A DNA stretch of 64,000 bases, taken from contig JBMNFY010000001.1 in assembly GCA_050949565.1 (NCBI GenBank), positions 160,001 to 224,000 on the forward strand, written 5' to 3'. A program made the translations under genes and the position numbers. Source of the DNA: Kiritimatiellia bacterium. GTDB lineage: Bacteria; Verrucomicrobiota; Kiritimatiellia; RFP12; UBA1067. Below, in pieces: positions 18,482 to 28,831 of this stretch (within the stretch, counting starts at the first letter, position 1; every line of letters begins with the position of its first letter). Below the pieces are notes generated by a model. It was not told the origin of the DNA. It was given only the letters and a program-made list of their open reading frames with translations, and searched no databases.

Positions 18482-21454
18482 ATGAAACCGATGTTCTACA
18501 AGAGAAGCCTTAGCTTCTTGAACGTGTTTGGAGGCGTTGCCTGTGCCGCAGTTTTCCTGGTGTTGCCTAGTTTCGCGGGCGGCGAAAATACGCCGCGCGC
18601 CTACGGTACGCTGACGCCCGAGGCCGCCGCGCTTGTCGCTGAGATGCGCGAACAGGCGAAGGCCTACCGACCGCAGACGGACCATGTGGGGCTTTTTGCG
18701 CGCGCCCAACTCAAATATGGCGCGCAGCGCACCGACTTCCTTCACCGTTGGTACGAGCGTCCGCTGCACCAGAATTCGACGTGGGCCGAAACGGCCGAAT
18801 ACGGACGCATCCTGCATCCCGAGGCGTGGAAGAAGACGACCGAGACGGTACGTCTGGGGAAGATGGATGGCCTTGCCGTTTGCATCTCCCAGTCGAGCCG
18901 CAGTGAGGTGATTGAGAAGAGCGTTATGCCGGGCGGGGAGATGACGATCCTCGTGGAACTCCCCTATGACTATCACGATACCGGTATCGCTGCCTTTCTG
19001 GAGACGGCCGAACGCGCCCTGGCCATGCCGAATGCCTACCGTATCGATGGGAAGGTGGTGCTCACGCGTTATCCGGTGGTGAAAGAGGCGGAGCTCGACC
19101 TCTGCGAGAAGGTGCGCAAGGCGCTGACAGAAAAGTTCGGCCCCGACAAATTTATCGTCATCTTTTACGTCTCGGCCTTTGAACGAAGTCTGCCTGCAGG
19201 TCCGATGACTGTCCAGTCACTTGAACAGGCACGCGAACACCTGCGGCGCTGTCTGCGCAAGATGGACGGCCTGTTCATGGCGGGTTGGGAGGTGTACTGG
19301 CCGCGCCGCTACAATGCGGCATTCGAGCGCGAGGTGCTGGTGCCTCTCTACCAGAGTGTTTTGGCAGAACCGGAATTCGCCGGGAAGAAGTATCTGGGCA
19401 TGCCCATGTCACCGGGACACGAGAACTGCTACCGCTGGAGCTATTCGATCGATTCGCAGGGCACGTACACGTTGGCCGAGCGCATGGAAACGATGCGCGC
19501 GCTGCGTCCCGATTTCATCATCTGCTGCGAATGGGACGAGGAGAACGAGAACACGCACTTTCGTCCTACGATCTTTAACGGATTTGTCCATCAACGTCTG
19601 CTGCGCTACTATGCGAATGTTTTTGCCGGTCGTGCGCCGGAGGTTTTTCCCGGTGACGATGTCGCGATTCCCAATCTGGTCGTCTCGTACCGCAAATCGC
19701 TTATCGCGGGCGAGCCCATTGAGGTGGAGGTGCGGAACATTCCGGATGGCACGTTCAAAGGGCAGACGTTCACCTGTTCCCTGAATTGGACGGATCTGGC
19801 GGGAAAGGTCGTGAAGACCTATCCTGTTGCGACGCTGAAGGCGGACGAGCCGGGGTGTGCCTTCTTTACATCGCCGGTGTCTGAACTTGTGGTTGCGAAC
19901 CGTCTACTGGTTCCAGACTTTACCGTGCGTGCGTCGGATGGGACCGAGTTCTGCGGCGGCGCCGATTTTTGGCCGCTCGACCTGAACGCGAGCCGTGCCG
20001 TCGATACGAAGTGGGCGAAGCACGCCCTGCGTGAACGCAGCAACGGCATCACGGGCGAGCTTGCCGTGGGCGAACCGGCGGCGGACGGCGTGCGTACAAT
20101 CACGGGACGCTTTTCCGCGCCGCAGCCCGTCAAAAGTGTAGAAGTGCTGGAAGGCCCCGATACGGTGTTCATGTTCGACCCAACGGCGAAGCCGATTGAC
20201 AATCGCGTCGTCATCAAGTTGGAGATTCAGGCGCGGCACAACGCGCCGAAGGAGTACGCCCTCAAAGGGAATATCCGTTTCCAGCAGGCACCGGGGGTTG
20301 AGATTCTCACCCGCCCTCAGCGCGCCATTACCGCGACGGCGGACGGTTGGACGCTGAAGGGAGCGCACTACAATAACTGGGACATCAACCTCTTTGCTTC
20401 CCTGCCGGCAGCCGCCGTGGAAACGGCTGAAATCGATGTGGCGCTCGCGCCGACTTTCCAGACACGCATCAAGGTGAAGGATGTGGTAGCGAAGGACGTT
20501 ATCGGCACCACGGGACCCGGCGGCGGCAACCTGGTGGCAAGCCGCTACCTGTCACAGATCGCGATGCCCAAGCCGTGTAACGTCGCCTCGGGGACATTCG
20601 CGTTCAAGCTGAAGCCGGTCGACAAGTCGGGTGTCCTGCGCTTGCAGATCGTGGATAGCGATGGACATGTATGGCGCGGTGCGCCGCGTACATTCTATCG
20701 TCCGTCCGGCAAGATGCGCACGTTCCATATTTTTGAGCGTGACGAAGAACGCGTGACATCACTCACGATGGATGTCAACCGCCTTGATGAACCAGACTAC
20801 GATTTTGTGCTCACGCGCGGATCGGTTGTGTGGACGGATGCCGGGCGCAATCTCTGCGGCATCCTTGGCGGTGCGGCCACGTTGGTGACTGGTTTTGGCG
20901 AGGGCGAGACATGCTACGGCGACTCGATTGCGCGGTACATTACCGGCAAGGAGCCGGGCATCCTGAATACAGCGCCTACACCGGCAGAAGGTCCGCATGG
21001 CGGTCCCGCGTTGCGTTTCGGTCCGTCATCCTACCTGATGCTTCCGCAACAGTTGGTGCCGAAGTTCGCCGGCTTTGAGATTACGCTCGATGTGAAGCCC
21101 GATGATGCGCAAGGCGTTCAGACACTCGTCGATTCAGGTAACGCGGCGTACGGCCTCTATCTCAGGGACGGGGTGCCCGAGGCCTTTGTCTTCGACACTT
21201 CCAATCACGCGCGGCAACGCGGTGCCAATCCCCGGAGGGTGAAGGGGCCTGCACTTCAGGTGGGGGGCTGGAACCACGTGCAACTCATCGGCGACCAAAA
21301 GACGCTCCGGCTGGTTGTCAACGGCGTGGAAGGCCCCGTGGTGGAACACGGCGGTTACCAGTTGCAGGCGCGTTATACATGCGTGGGCGCGGCGAACCGC
21401 GGACCGAATTTCTTCCGTGGATGTCTCGCCAATCTAAAATTCTATCTGCGCTGA
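18482..21454 (+). CDS. Large secreted hypothetical protein: N-terminal glycoside-hydrolase-like barrel, C-terminal LamG domain
   Basis: About 990-aa ORF with signal peptide; CCEWDEENENTHF resembles GH71/GH99-type W-x-E-x-x-E motif; C-terminal GGWNHVQL/LRLVVNG LamG; start codon uncertain. Confidence 0.7.
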   Translation: MKPMFYKRSLSFLNVFGGVACAAVFLVLPSFAGGENTPRAYGTLTPEAAALVAEMREQAKAYRPQTDHVGLFARAQLKYGAQRTDFLHRWYERPLHQNSTWAETAEYGRILHPEAWKKTTETVRLGKMDGLAVCISQSSRSEVIEKSVMPGGEMTILVELPYDYHDTGIAAFLETAERALAMPNAYRIDGKVVLTRYPVVKEAELDLCEKVRKALTEKFGPDKFIVIFYVSAFERSLPAGPMTVQSLEQAREHLRRCLRKMDGLFMAGWEVYWPRRYNAAFEREVLVPLYQSVLAEPEFAGKKYLGMPMSPGHENCYRWSYSIDSQGTYTLAERMETMRALRPDFIICCEWDEENENTHFRPTIFNGFVHQRLLRYYANVFAGRAPEVFPGDDVAIPNLVVSYRKSLIAGEPIEVEVRNIPDGTFKGQTFTCSLNWTDLAGKVVKTYPVATLKADEPGCAFFTSPVSELVVANRLLVPDFTVRASDGTEFCGGADFWPLDLNASRAVDTKWAKHALRERSNGITGELAVGEPAADGVRTITGRFSAPQPVKSVEVLEGPDTVFMFDPTAKPIDNRVVIKLEIQARHNAPKEYALKGNIRFQQAPGVEILTRPQRAITATADGWTLKGAHYNNWDINLFASLPAAAVETAEIDVALAPTFQTRIKVKDVVAKDVIGTTGPGGGNLVASRYLSQIAMPKPCNVASGTFAFKLKPVDKSGVLRLQIVDSDGHVWRGAPRTFYRPSGKMRTFHIFERDEERVTSLTMDVNRLDEPDYDFVLTRGSVVWTDAGRNLCGILGGAATLVTGFGEGETCYGDSIARYITGKEPGILNTAPTPAEGPHGGPALRFGPSSYLMLPQQLVPKFAGFEITLDVKPDDAQGVQTLVDSGNAAYGLYLRDGVPEAFVFDTSNHARQRGANPRRVKGPALQVGGWNHVQLIGDQKTLRLVVNGVEGPVVEHGGYQLQARYTCVGAANRGPNFFRGCLANLKFYLR

Positions 21455-21474
21455 GTCTCGGTGCTTATCGCCCG

Positions 21475-21912
21475 TCACTTCGCTTCGTTGAAGAGGGTGA
21501 CAGCGTCCAGCACATCGCGGCCCGCCGCTTTGAGGGCTTCAATGGCGCGGTCTGGATTGTCGAAGCGGAAGACCAGTACCGCTTCGGTGCCGTGGTGGAA
21601 GGCGAAGGCGTACATGTACTCGATGTTGACACCGGCCTGACTGACCGCATCGAGGACCTCGGCCATGCCGCCGGGTCTGTCCGGCACGGTGGCCGCTACC
21701 ACCTCGCGCACGTTCACGACATAACCGGCCTGCTCAAGGACGGTCTTGGCTTTCTGCCACTCCTCGACGATCAGGCGCACGATGCCGAACTGCTGGGTGT
21801 CAGCCAACGAGAGGGTGACGATATTGATCTGAGCCTCGGCGAGTGTGCGGCAGACGGCGTTCAAGTGGCCGGGCTTGTTTTCGAGAAAGAGAGAAATCTG
21901 ATTGATTTTCAT
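21475..21912 (-). CDS. ACT-domain protein (two ACT repeats)
   Basis: QISLFLENKPG, PDRPGG, NIEYMYAF; typical partner of phenylacetate-CoA ligase. Confidence 0.92.
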   Translation of the reverse strand: MKINQISLFLENKPGHLNAVCRTLAEAQINIVTLSLADTQQFGIVRLIVEEWQKAKTVLEQAGYVVNVREVVAATVPDRPGGMAEVLDAVSQAGVNIEYMYAFAFHHGTEAVLVFRFDNPDRAIEALKAAGRDVLDAVTLFNEAK

Positions 21913-21934
21913 GGTCGGAGCCCTTTCTGCGGGT

Positions 21935-23278
21935 TTACGCTTTCTTACGCAGGTCGTTCACGCGGCGGAGCTTGCCTTCGCTGCGCGGCAGCGTGTGCGG
22001 CTCAACCAGCGTGATGGAGGCGTTGATGTTGATGATGCGCTGGACGGCATGGCCGATGCGCGCGCGCAGTTTCTCCAGCGACTTGATATCGTCGCTGAAG
22101 GTTTCCGGTGTGACCTCGACTTTGATTTCGAGGGTGTCGAGGCCGTTGGTCTTGTCGACCACAATCAAGTAGTGGGGCAGGACCGCGTCGATGGCCATCA
22201 GGCCGGCCTCGATCTGCGACGGGAAGACGTTAACGCCACGGATGATCAGCATATCGTCGCTACGTGCGCTGACGCGCTCGATGGTGCGGATGGTGCGGCC
22301 GCACGGGCAAGGCTCGGGCGTGATACGCGAGAGGTCGCGCGTGCGGTAGCGCAGCATCGGTGTGCCGGTACGCGATAGAGTCGTGAAGACCAACTCGCCC
22401 TTTTCGCCGTCCGGCAGCGGTTCCAGCGTCTCGGGATCGATAATCTCGGGATAAAAGTGATCCTCGAAGACATGCAAGCCACGGCGGTGGGCGCAGTCGT
22501 TGGCCACGCCCGGACCGGATATTTCGGTCAGTCCGTAGATGTCGTGCGTGGTGATGCCGGTCAGTTCCTCGATCTTGGCACGCATCTCCTCTGCCCAAGG
22601 CTCTGCACCGAAGACGCCGTGCTTGAGCTTCATGTCGGTCTTGAAGTCAATGCCCTTCTTCATGCCTTCGTCGATCAGGTGCAGGAAGTAACTGGGGGTG
22701 CAGGCGATGACCGTCACGCCCATGTCTTTCATCAGCATGAGCTGGCGGTCAGTGTTGCCGCCCGAAGTCGGCAGCACGGCGCAACCGAGCCCCTCACCGC
22801 CATAGTGCAGACCCAGGCCACCGGTGAAAAGTCCGTAACCGTAGGCGACCTGCATGACGTCAGAGCTGCGCACGCCGCACATCGCCAGCGCGCGCATGCA
22901 ACCGTTCTGCCAAACCAAGATATCGTTTTGCGTGTTACCGATGACGATCGGTTTGCCGGTCGTGCCGCTCGAGCAGTGGAAGCGCACGATGTCGTTCATC
23001 GGGCTGGCGAGCAGGCCGAAGGGGTATTCGTCGCGCAGATCGGTCTTCATCATGAAGGGCAGCAGGGCGATGTCATCAAGCGTCTTGATGTGTTCGGGCT
23101 TGACGCCGCGCTCGTCCATGCGCGCACGCACCAGCGGCACGTTGTCGTACATGCGCCGTACCAAGCCTTGCAGGCGGTGCAACTGCAGGGCTCGCAGTTG
23201 CTCCCGGGGCATGTAGTCAGGAGCGCTGACCGGATGGACTGGGGTGTCCAGGTCGTGCGCATACTCGTAAAGGGCCAT
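21935..23278 (-). CDS. paaK: Phenylacetate-CoA ligase family protein
   Basis: HCSSGTTGKP, YGYGLFTGG, DIYGLTE, RYRTRD, RGVNVFPSQIE. Confidence 0.93.
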   Translation of the reverse strand: MALYEYAHDLDTPVHPVSAPDYMPREQLRALQLHRLQGLVRRMYDNVPLVRARMDERGVKPEHIKTLDDIALLPFMMKTDLRDEYPFGLLASPMNDIVRFHCSSGTTGKPIVIGNTQNDILVWQNGCMRALAMCGVRSSDVMQVAYGYGLFTGGLGLHYGGEGLGCAVLPTSGGNTDRQLMLMKDMGVTVIACTPSYFLHLIDEGMKKGIDFKTDMKLKHGVFGAEPWAEEMRAKIEELTGITTHDIYGLTEISGPGVANDCAHRRGLHVFEDHFYPEIIDPETLEPLPDGEKGELVFTTLSRTGTPMLRYRTRDLSRITPEPCPCGRTIRTIERVSARSDDMLIIRGVNVFPSQIEAGLMAIDAVLPHYLIVVDKTNGLDTLEIKVEVTPETFSDDIKSLEKLRARIGHAVQRIININASITLVEPHTLPRSEGKLRRVNDLRKKA

Positions 23279-23489
23279 TTTGTTCTCCGCATGGGTGGGG
23301 GTTCAGGAGAGTGTCTCCGTTAAGTTTCCCTTAAGAGTATCACTTTCTGACCTCCACGTGAACAAAATGAATTTTATTCGCGTAAACTGTGGCGGGATGG
23401 GCAGTTTAAGTGGTATCCCAGCTGTGGGGCTGGGGAAGTAAAAGACGATGACGGGGGCCATAAAAGGCAGAATCGCAAAAATCGTAAAA

Positions 23490-23536
23490 ACGCAACATTT
23501 TGTGGTTGCATGAAGCGGCAAAGCTACATATAGTGT
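23490..23536 (+). promoter_or_regulatory. Tandem NrdR boxes
   Basis: ACGCAACATTTTGTGG (23490-23505) and AAGCTACATATAGTGT (23521-23536) resemble the acaCwAtATaTwGtgt consensus, starts 31 bp apart, upstream of nrdD. Confidence 0.8.
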
Positions 23537-23621
23537 TCCGCATTCTTTAACGAGAATGTCTGGGCGCGGGGTGCTTCCAAGAAAAACATGTGTTTAACAG
23601 CCGATTTTGGAGTTTTCAGGG

Positions 23622-25736
23622 ATGAATGAGTTTGTGCAGCAGGATTTGATCGTTAGCATTCAGAAACGGGACGGGCGGGTCGAACCATTTAAGCCCCAAA
23701 AAATTACTGCGGCGATTCAGAGGGCGGGCGAGGCTACCGGGGAGTTCGCCGTGGAAGAGGCGCGGCGTCTGACGCTGAAGGTGGTGACGTTGATTCATTC
23801 GTTGCAAGATACCTTGAGCCTTTCGGTTGAGAACGTGCAGGATATCGTGGAGGAGGTGCTGTTGGCCTCTCCGTACCGCCGCACCGCCAAGGCGTATATC
23901 ATTTACCGCGATCAGCACGCGCGCCTCCGCGAGATGGTGCGCAAGGCCGATGTCGATCTGATCGACAGCTATCTCGGGCGGGTGGACTGGCGCGTGCGCG
24001 AAAATTCCAACATGGCCTATTCGCTGCAAGGGCTCAACAACTACATCTCGAGCGAAGTGAGCAAGGTCTATTGGCTTAATAAGATCTACCCCGCCGAGAT
24101 CCGCGAGGCTCACGATAACGGCGCGATGCACCTGCATGATCTAGGGTTGCTCAGTGTCTACTGCGTGGGTTGGGACCTTCAGGATCTCCTGCGTGGCGGC
24201 TTCAAGGGCGTTGCCGGCAAAGCCGAGAGCCTCCCGGCCAAGCACTTCCGCACTGCGCTCGGTCAGATCGTCAACTTTTTCTACACGCTCCAGGGCGAGG
24301 CCGCCGGTGCTCAGGCCTTTTCCAACTTCGATACGCTGCTGGCACCCTTTGTGCGCTATGACCGCCTCGGCCCCAAAGAGGTCAAGCAGGCGCTGCAAGA
24401 GTTCATCTTCAATGTCAACGTGCCGACGCGCGTCGGTTTCCAGACGCCCTTCACCAACTTGACAATGGATCTGATCGCGCCGTCGACGCTGGCGAACGAG
24501 CATGCGGTCATCGGCGGCAAAGAGATGCCGGAGACCTATGCCGATTTCCAGCCCGAGATGGACATGATCAACACCGCGTTCCTGGAGGTCATGACCGAAG
24601 GTGACGCCAAGGGACGCGTCTTCACCTTCCCGATCCCGACCTATAACATCACCGAGGATTTCGACTGGGAACGTCCCGGTCTCGAGAAGCTCTGGGAAGT
24701 CACGGCCAAGTACGGCATCCCGTACTTCGCGAACTTCGTCAACTCCGACATGAGCCCGGACGACGCCCGCTCGATGTGCTGCCGTCTGCGCCTCGACACG
24801 CGCGAGTTGAACCGGCGCGGCGGCGGCCTGTTCGGCGCCAATCCGCAGACCGGTTCGATCGGCGTGGTCACGATCAACATGCCGCGGCTCGGCTACCTTG
24901 CGGAATCCGAGCAGGATTTCCTCGAGCGGCTCGACCACCTGATGGGCATGGCGCGCAACAGCCTTGAGATCAAGCGCAAGGTTCTGGAGCGGTTCACCGA
25001 GCAGAATCTCTATCCCTACACCAAGTTTTATCTACGTCAGGTCCACCAACGCTTCAAGTGCTACTGGCAGAACCATTTCTCCACCATCGGGCTGGTCGGT
25101 CTTAATGAGGCGTGCCTCAACCTCTTCGGCGAGGATATCGGTAGCGAGCGTGGTCGTGCCTTTGCCTTGACCGTGATGGATTTCATGCGCGCGCGGCTGA
25201 CCGACTATCAGGAGGAGACCGGCAACCTCTACAACCTGGAGGCGACGCCGGCCGAGGGCACGACCTACCGTCTTGCCCGGCTCGACAAGAAGCTCTATCC
25301 TGAGATCATCGCGGCTGGTGGCGACGGCGAACCCTTCTATTCCAACTCGACCCAACTCCCCGTCAACTACAGCGACGACATCCTGCATGTCCTCGACTTG
25401 CAGGACGAGATCCAGACCAAGTACACCGGCGGTACCGTGGTGCATGCCTTTGTCGGCGAGGCGGTCAGCGATCCGCAGGCGGTCAAGGCGTTCGTGCGCA
25501 TGGTCTGCCAGAACTACCGGCTGCCGTACTTCACGCTGACGCCGACCTTTAGCATCTGCGAGGATCACGGCTACCTGTCCGGCGAGGTACATGAGTGTCC
25601 GCACTGCGGACAGTACACCGAGGTCTATTCGCGCGTGGTGGGGTACATCCGGCCTATTCAGCAGTGGAACGCGGGCAAGCAGAACGAATTCCACCAGCGC
25701 AAAACCTACCGGGTGGCTCAGGCACTCGCCCAATGA
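23622..25736 (+). CDS. nrdD: Anaerobic class III ribonucleoside-triphosphate reductase with N-terminal ATP cone
   Basis: IQKRDGRVEPF ATP cone, SMCCRL, EATPAEG, CxxHG...CPHCG zinc site, YSRVVGY glycyl-radical motif. Confidence 0.96.
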   Translation: MNEFVQQDLIVSIQKRDGRVEPFKPQKITAAIQRAGEATGEFAVEEARRLTLKVVTLIHSLQDTLSLSVENVQDIVEEVLLASPYRRTAKAYIIYRDQHARLREMVRKADVDLIDSYLGRVDWRVRENSNMAYSLQGLNNYISSEVSKVYWLNKIYPAEIREAHDNGAMHLHDLGLLSVYCVGWDLQDLLRGGFKGVAGKAESLPAKHFRTALGQIVNFFYTLQGEAAGAQAFSNFDTLLAPFVRYDRLGPKEVKQALQEFIFNVNVPTRVGFQTPFTNLTMDLIAPSTLANEHAVIGGKEMPETYADFQPEMDMINTAFLEVMTEGDAKGRVFTFPIPTYNITEDFDWERPGLEKLWEVTAKYGIPYFANFVNSDMSPDDARSMCCRLRLDTRELNRRGGGLFGANPQTGSIGVVTINMPRLGYLAESEQDFLERLDHLMGMARNSLEIKRKVLERFTEQNLYPYTKFYLRQVHQRFKCYWQNHFSTIGLVGLNEACLNLFGEDIGSERGRAFALTVMDFMRARLTDYQEETGNLYNLEATPAEGTTYRLARLDKKLYPEIIAAGGDGEPFYSNSTQLPVNYSDDILHVLDLQDEIQTKYTGGTVVHAFVGEAVSDPQAVKAFVRMVCQNYRLPYFTLTPTFSICEDHGYLSGEVHECPHCGQYTEVYSRVVGYIRPIQQWNAGKQNEFHQRKTYRVAQALAQ

Positions 25737-26371
25737 CGTTCGCTGGCTTTGTCCCGCTCAGCCTCTGTGATTATCCGGGATGCGTAGCCTCGGTGCTCTT
25801 CACCCAAGGTTGCAATTTCCGTTGCCCTTGGTGTCACAATCCGCACCTCGTGCCGACCACGCCGCCTGATGGTGCGGTCGCGCACGATGAGGATGCGGTG
25901 GTCGATATGCTCGCGTCGCGCCGTACGCGTGTCGAGGGGGTGGTGGTGACCGGCGGCGAGCCGACCCTGCACGCCGCCGAATTGCCGGCGTTCCTGCGCC
26001 GCCTCCGTGCGCTCGGGCTGCGCATCAAGCTCGACACCAACGGGGCACGTCCGGCGGTGTTGCGCGCCCTCTTCGACGAGTGTCTGCTCGATTATGTCGC
26101 GATGGATGTCAAGGCACCGTGGGCGCGTTACGCAACGTTGACCGGCATGCCCGTCTGCGATGTGGCGGCACTGCAAGACAGCGTTACGCTGATCGCCGGC
26201 TCCGGCGTGGCGCATCAATTTCGCACCACGCGCGTAGATCCGCTGTTATCCGAGAGTGACTACGAGGCCATCCGCCAGCAGATTCCAAACGGTAGCCCGC
26301 ATGTGTGGCAGACCTTCCGCCCCGACGTGTGCCTGGCGCCCGGTTTTTTATCCACAGATTTACACAGATGA
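25733..26371 (+). CDS. nrdG: Anaerobic RNR activating radical SAM protein
   Basis: GCNFRCPWCHNP, TGGEPT, KLDTNG; ATGA overlap with nrdD. Confidence 0.93.
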   Translation: MTFAGFVPLSLCDYPGCVASVLFTQGCNFRCPWCHNPHLVPTTPPDGAVAHDEDAVVDMLASRRTRVEGVVVTGGEPTLHAAELPAFLRRLRALGLRIKLDTNGARPAVLRALFDECLLDYVAMDVKAPWARYATLTGMPVCDVAALQDSVTLIAGSGVAHQFRTTRVDPLLSESDYEAIRQQIPNGSPHVWQTFRPDVCLAPGFLSTDLHR

Positions 26372-26460
26372 CGCAAGGCGTTTTGTGTCCTTCGTTGCCT
26401 TGGTGTGAGATTGAATTGAATTGCGGGCTCCGCCCGCGTTAGACTTTTCGTGTTTCCGTG

Positions 26461-27126
26461 TTAGCCATCTGTTCTAGCTTTCAGAAACTCGGTCACTGCG
26501 TCGGGATGGGACATGGAGAGGGCATGTCCAGCACCGGCGACAATAACATCAGGCGTTGTGTTCTTTACCGGCAAAACAAAATCATTCGCACCATGGATCT
26601 GATAGATCGGCGTGTTACTGATGTCTGACGCACCGCGCCATTCCAAAGTGGCGCGGCAAGCCCATCGGAGAAAGGCGGCGTCTGACTCTGAAAGCTGTGA
26701 GACTAAATCTGACCAATGCGGACTTGAAGATATACTGGTCGATACGAGTACTATCTTGCTCAATAACGTGGCGACCTCAAAAGGGATGGCATCGGCTACG
26801 CCGGGAAGTTTCCGTAGAGCTTTGATGGTCTTAGGCAACTCATCGGGCGTCCGGACACTGCCGACAAGGAGACAGGCTTTTACATCAAGATGCCGGATCA
26901 TTTCCAGTGCGACAAATCCGCCGAATGAAGCGCCCCCGATAAAGCAGGGTTGGCCGGGGTTGATGGTGTTGGCAAATCTTTCTGCATAGGACGGAAGAGA
27001 CTCCTTCGGCAGCGGGTCAATCCAAGTGGGCACGACAATCTGAGGGATTGCCTCTATTTGCTTGGCGAACACGCGCGCATCCGCACCCATGCCAGACAAC
27101 ATGATTATGGGGGGCTTCTTATACAT
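26461..27126 (-). CDS. Alpha/beta hydrolase
   Basis: GASFGG nucleophile elbow, IHGANDFVLP, GAGH. Confidence 0.85.
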   Translation of the reverse strand: MYKKPPIIMLSGMGADARVFAKQIEAIPQIVVPTWIDPLPKESLPSYAERFANTINPGQPCFIGGASFGGFVALEMIRHLDVKACLLVGSVRTPDELPKTIKALRKLPGVADAIPFEVATLLSKIVLVSTSISSSPHWSDLVSQLSESDAAFLRWACRATLEWRGASDISNTPIYQIHGANDFVLPVKNTTPDVIVAGAGHALSMSHPDAVTEFLKARTDG

Positions 27127-27251
27127 GGTTGAGCACAGGTGCAGGATATATCTGACCGTCTGCGGGTGTCAAGGTTGAGGTCCCTCAGTTCTTGCTATCC
27201 CCGCCGAATACACAGAGAAGGGGCGCCCGGTAATGGGCGTCCCTTCCGTCG

Positions 27252-27562
27252 TGGCTTTACCAACTTGATCCCGGCAGGAATCTGGGTAAGGCAAACTCGT
27301 TGACCGATGATAACCTGATTGACTTCATTGACAAGCAACGGACGCGCGCGGCGAGTTCTGGGATTGCGTCGGCTACCCTGCCTGCAAGGGGAAAAGCCCA
27401 GTAGAAGCTCCAAGCGCTGACAACTCCAATTGACACCCCCGCCAATATCGTCAATCATGTCAATCACGTCAACACCCCCATGAACGAAACCGAAACAGAG
27501 TCGAACTGATCGACCCCGCCCTCAAAGGCAAGGCGGGCTGGGGTGCTGTTGAGGGGAGTCGG
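27252..27562 (+). pseudogene. Collapsed type I restriction-modification remnant: hsdM fragment, C4 zinc-finger fragment, frameshifted hsdR N-terminus
   Basis: 27252-27349 WLYQLDPGRNLGKANSLTDDNLIDF; 27347-27433 RGEFWDCVGYPACKG; 27480-27562 MNETET/RVELIDPALKGKAGWGAVEGSR with a 1-bp slip. Confidence 0.7.
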
Positions 27563-27601
27563 TATAATCGCCTCCATACACGATTGAAAGGTTAAGTAAA
27601 C

Positions 27602-28831
27602 ATGGCGCGAACGGATTTGCCGGAGAATATCGCGGAGGAGATCCGCAACCGGGTTTTCAATGAAAGCGGCTTTATGAAGCTCACGCAGGTCGTGCGCGGG
27701 CGGGGCGGGACGTTCCGCGTCAGCCTGCGTCCGGTGGTCATCAAAGATGAAAACAAATATCAGGGTGAAATGACGGAGGACGGGCGCACGCAGGTGAAGA
27801 ACTTCGATCTGGATGGCGCACGCGCTGGCTTGGAGGAGATGTTGGGACAAACCGGTCCGCGTGAGTTGCATCTGATAACGGCCTCGGGTGACCTGCATGT
27901 GCGCATCACCAAAAAGGGCAAAGCGCTGATATCTCGGAGCGGCCGGATGGCGCGTAAGGTCGATGCGAGGCAGGGGCATGACCGGGTCAAACGCCAACCG
28001 CTGACGGCCTTTGACGCTGTCCCCTTGCTAAAAACGCTCGGGATTGCGGATGCCGATGGAAACATCCGCGCATCAATGCGCGGCAAATATGATCAAGTGA
28101 ATGAGTTTTTGCGGATCATCGACGCCACGATTGCCGCGAAACCGGAGAAGACGCTGAACATCGTGGATTGCGGTTGCGGGCGCGCCTACCTTACGCTGGC
28201 GGTCTATTTCTATCTGACGGTTGTGCGCGGTTTTGATGTCAAGGTTTGCGGGATCGACAAGCAGGCCGATGTGATCGCGACAGCGCGCGCGATGGCCGAC
28301 GCGCTGGACGTCTCGGATCGAGTGATATTCGTTGAGGGTACGCTCGCGGACAGTGACGTGCCGTTTGATCCGGACATGGTGTTGAGTCTGCACGCCTGCG
28401 ACACGGCGACAGACGAAGCGTTGGCGCGCGGCATCGAGTGGAAGTGCCGTTATCTGCTGTGTGCGCCTTGCTGTCAGCATGAGCTGCACAAGTCGCTCAA
28501 AGTAGGCGGACCGATGCGGGCGGTACTACGCCACGGTATTTTGCGTGAGAGACTGGCTGATCTGTTGACCGACACCTTCCGTGCGCAGATCCTACGCGTG
28601 CTCGGTTTCCGCGTGCAGGTGATGGAGTTTGTCTCGGCAGACGCCACGACGCGGAATATCCTGCTACGGGCGGAGTTCAGCGTAAAGCCGGGTCAGCAGG
28701 CCGCCGTGAGCGAGTATCTGGAGTTGCGCGACTTCTGGGAAGTGACACCTTGGCTGGAAACGCGGTTGGCGGATTTGATGGGCAAGTATCTCGACCATTA
28801 CCAACGCGGCGAAGCCCGCAACCCAAGTTAA
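27602..28831 (+). CDS. SAM-dependent methyltransferase (Methyltransf_32-like)
   Basis: VDCGCGRAYLT motif I, SLHACDTATD, APCCQH. Confidence 0.88.
   Translation: MARTDLPENIAEEIRNRVFNESGFMKLTQVVRGRGGTFRVSLRPVVIKDENKYQGEMTEDGRTQVKNFDLDGARAGLEEMLGQTGPRELHLITASGDLHVRITKKGKALISRSGRMARKVDARQGHDRVKRQPLTAFDAVPLLKTLGIADADGNIRASMRGKYDQVNEFLRIIDATIAAKPEKTLNIVDCGCGRAYLTLAVYFYLTVVRGFDVKVCGIDKQADVIATARAMADALDVSDRVIFVEGTLADSDVPFDPDMVLSLHACDTATDEALARGIEWKCRYLLCAPCCQHELHKSLKVGGPMRAVLRHGILRERLADLLTDTFRAQILRVLGFRVQVMEFVSADATTRNILLRAEFSVKPGQQAAVSEYLELRDFWEVTPWLETRLADLMGKYLDHYQRGEARNPS

Noticed and set aside
27299-27335. GATTGAC repeats as left arm pairing with GTCAATC at 27449-27473
   Set aside because: Better explained as coding sequence of the hsdM fragment (DDNLIDFID)
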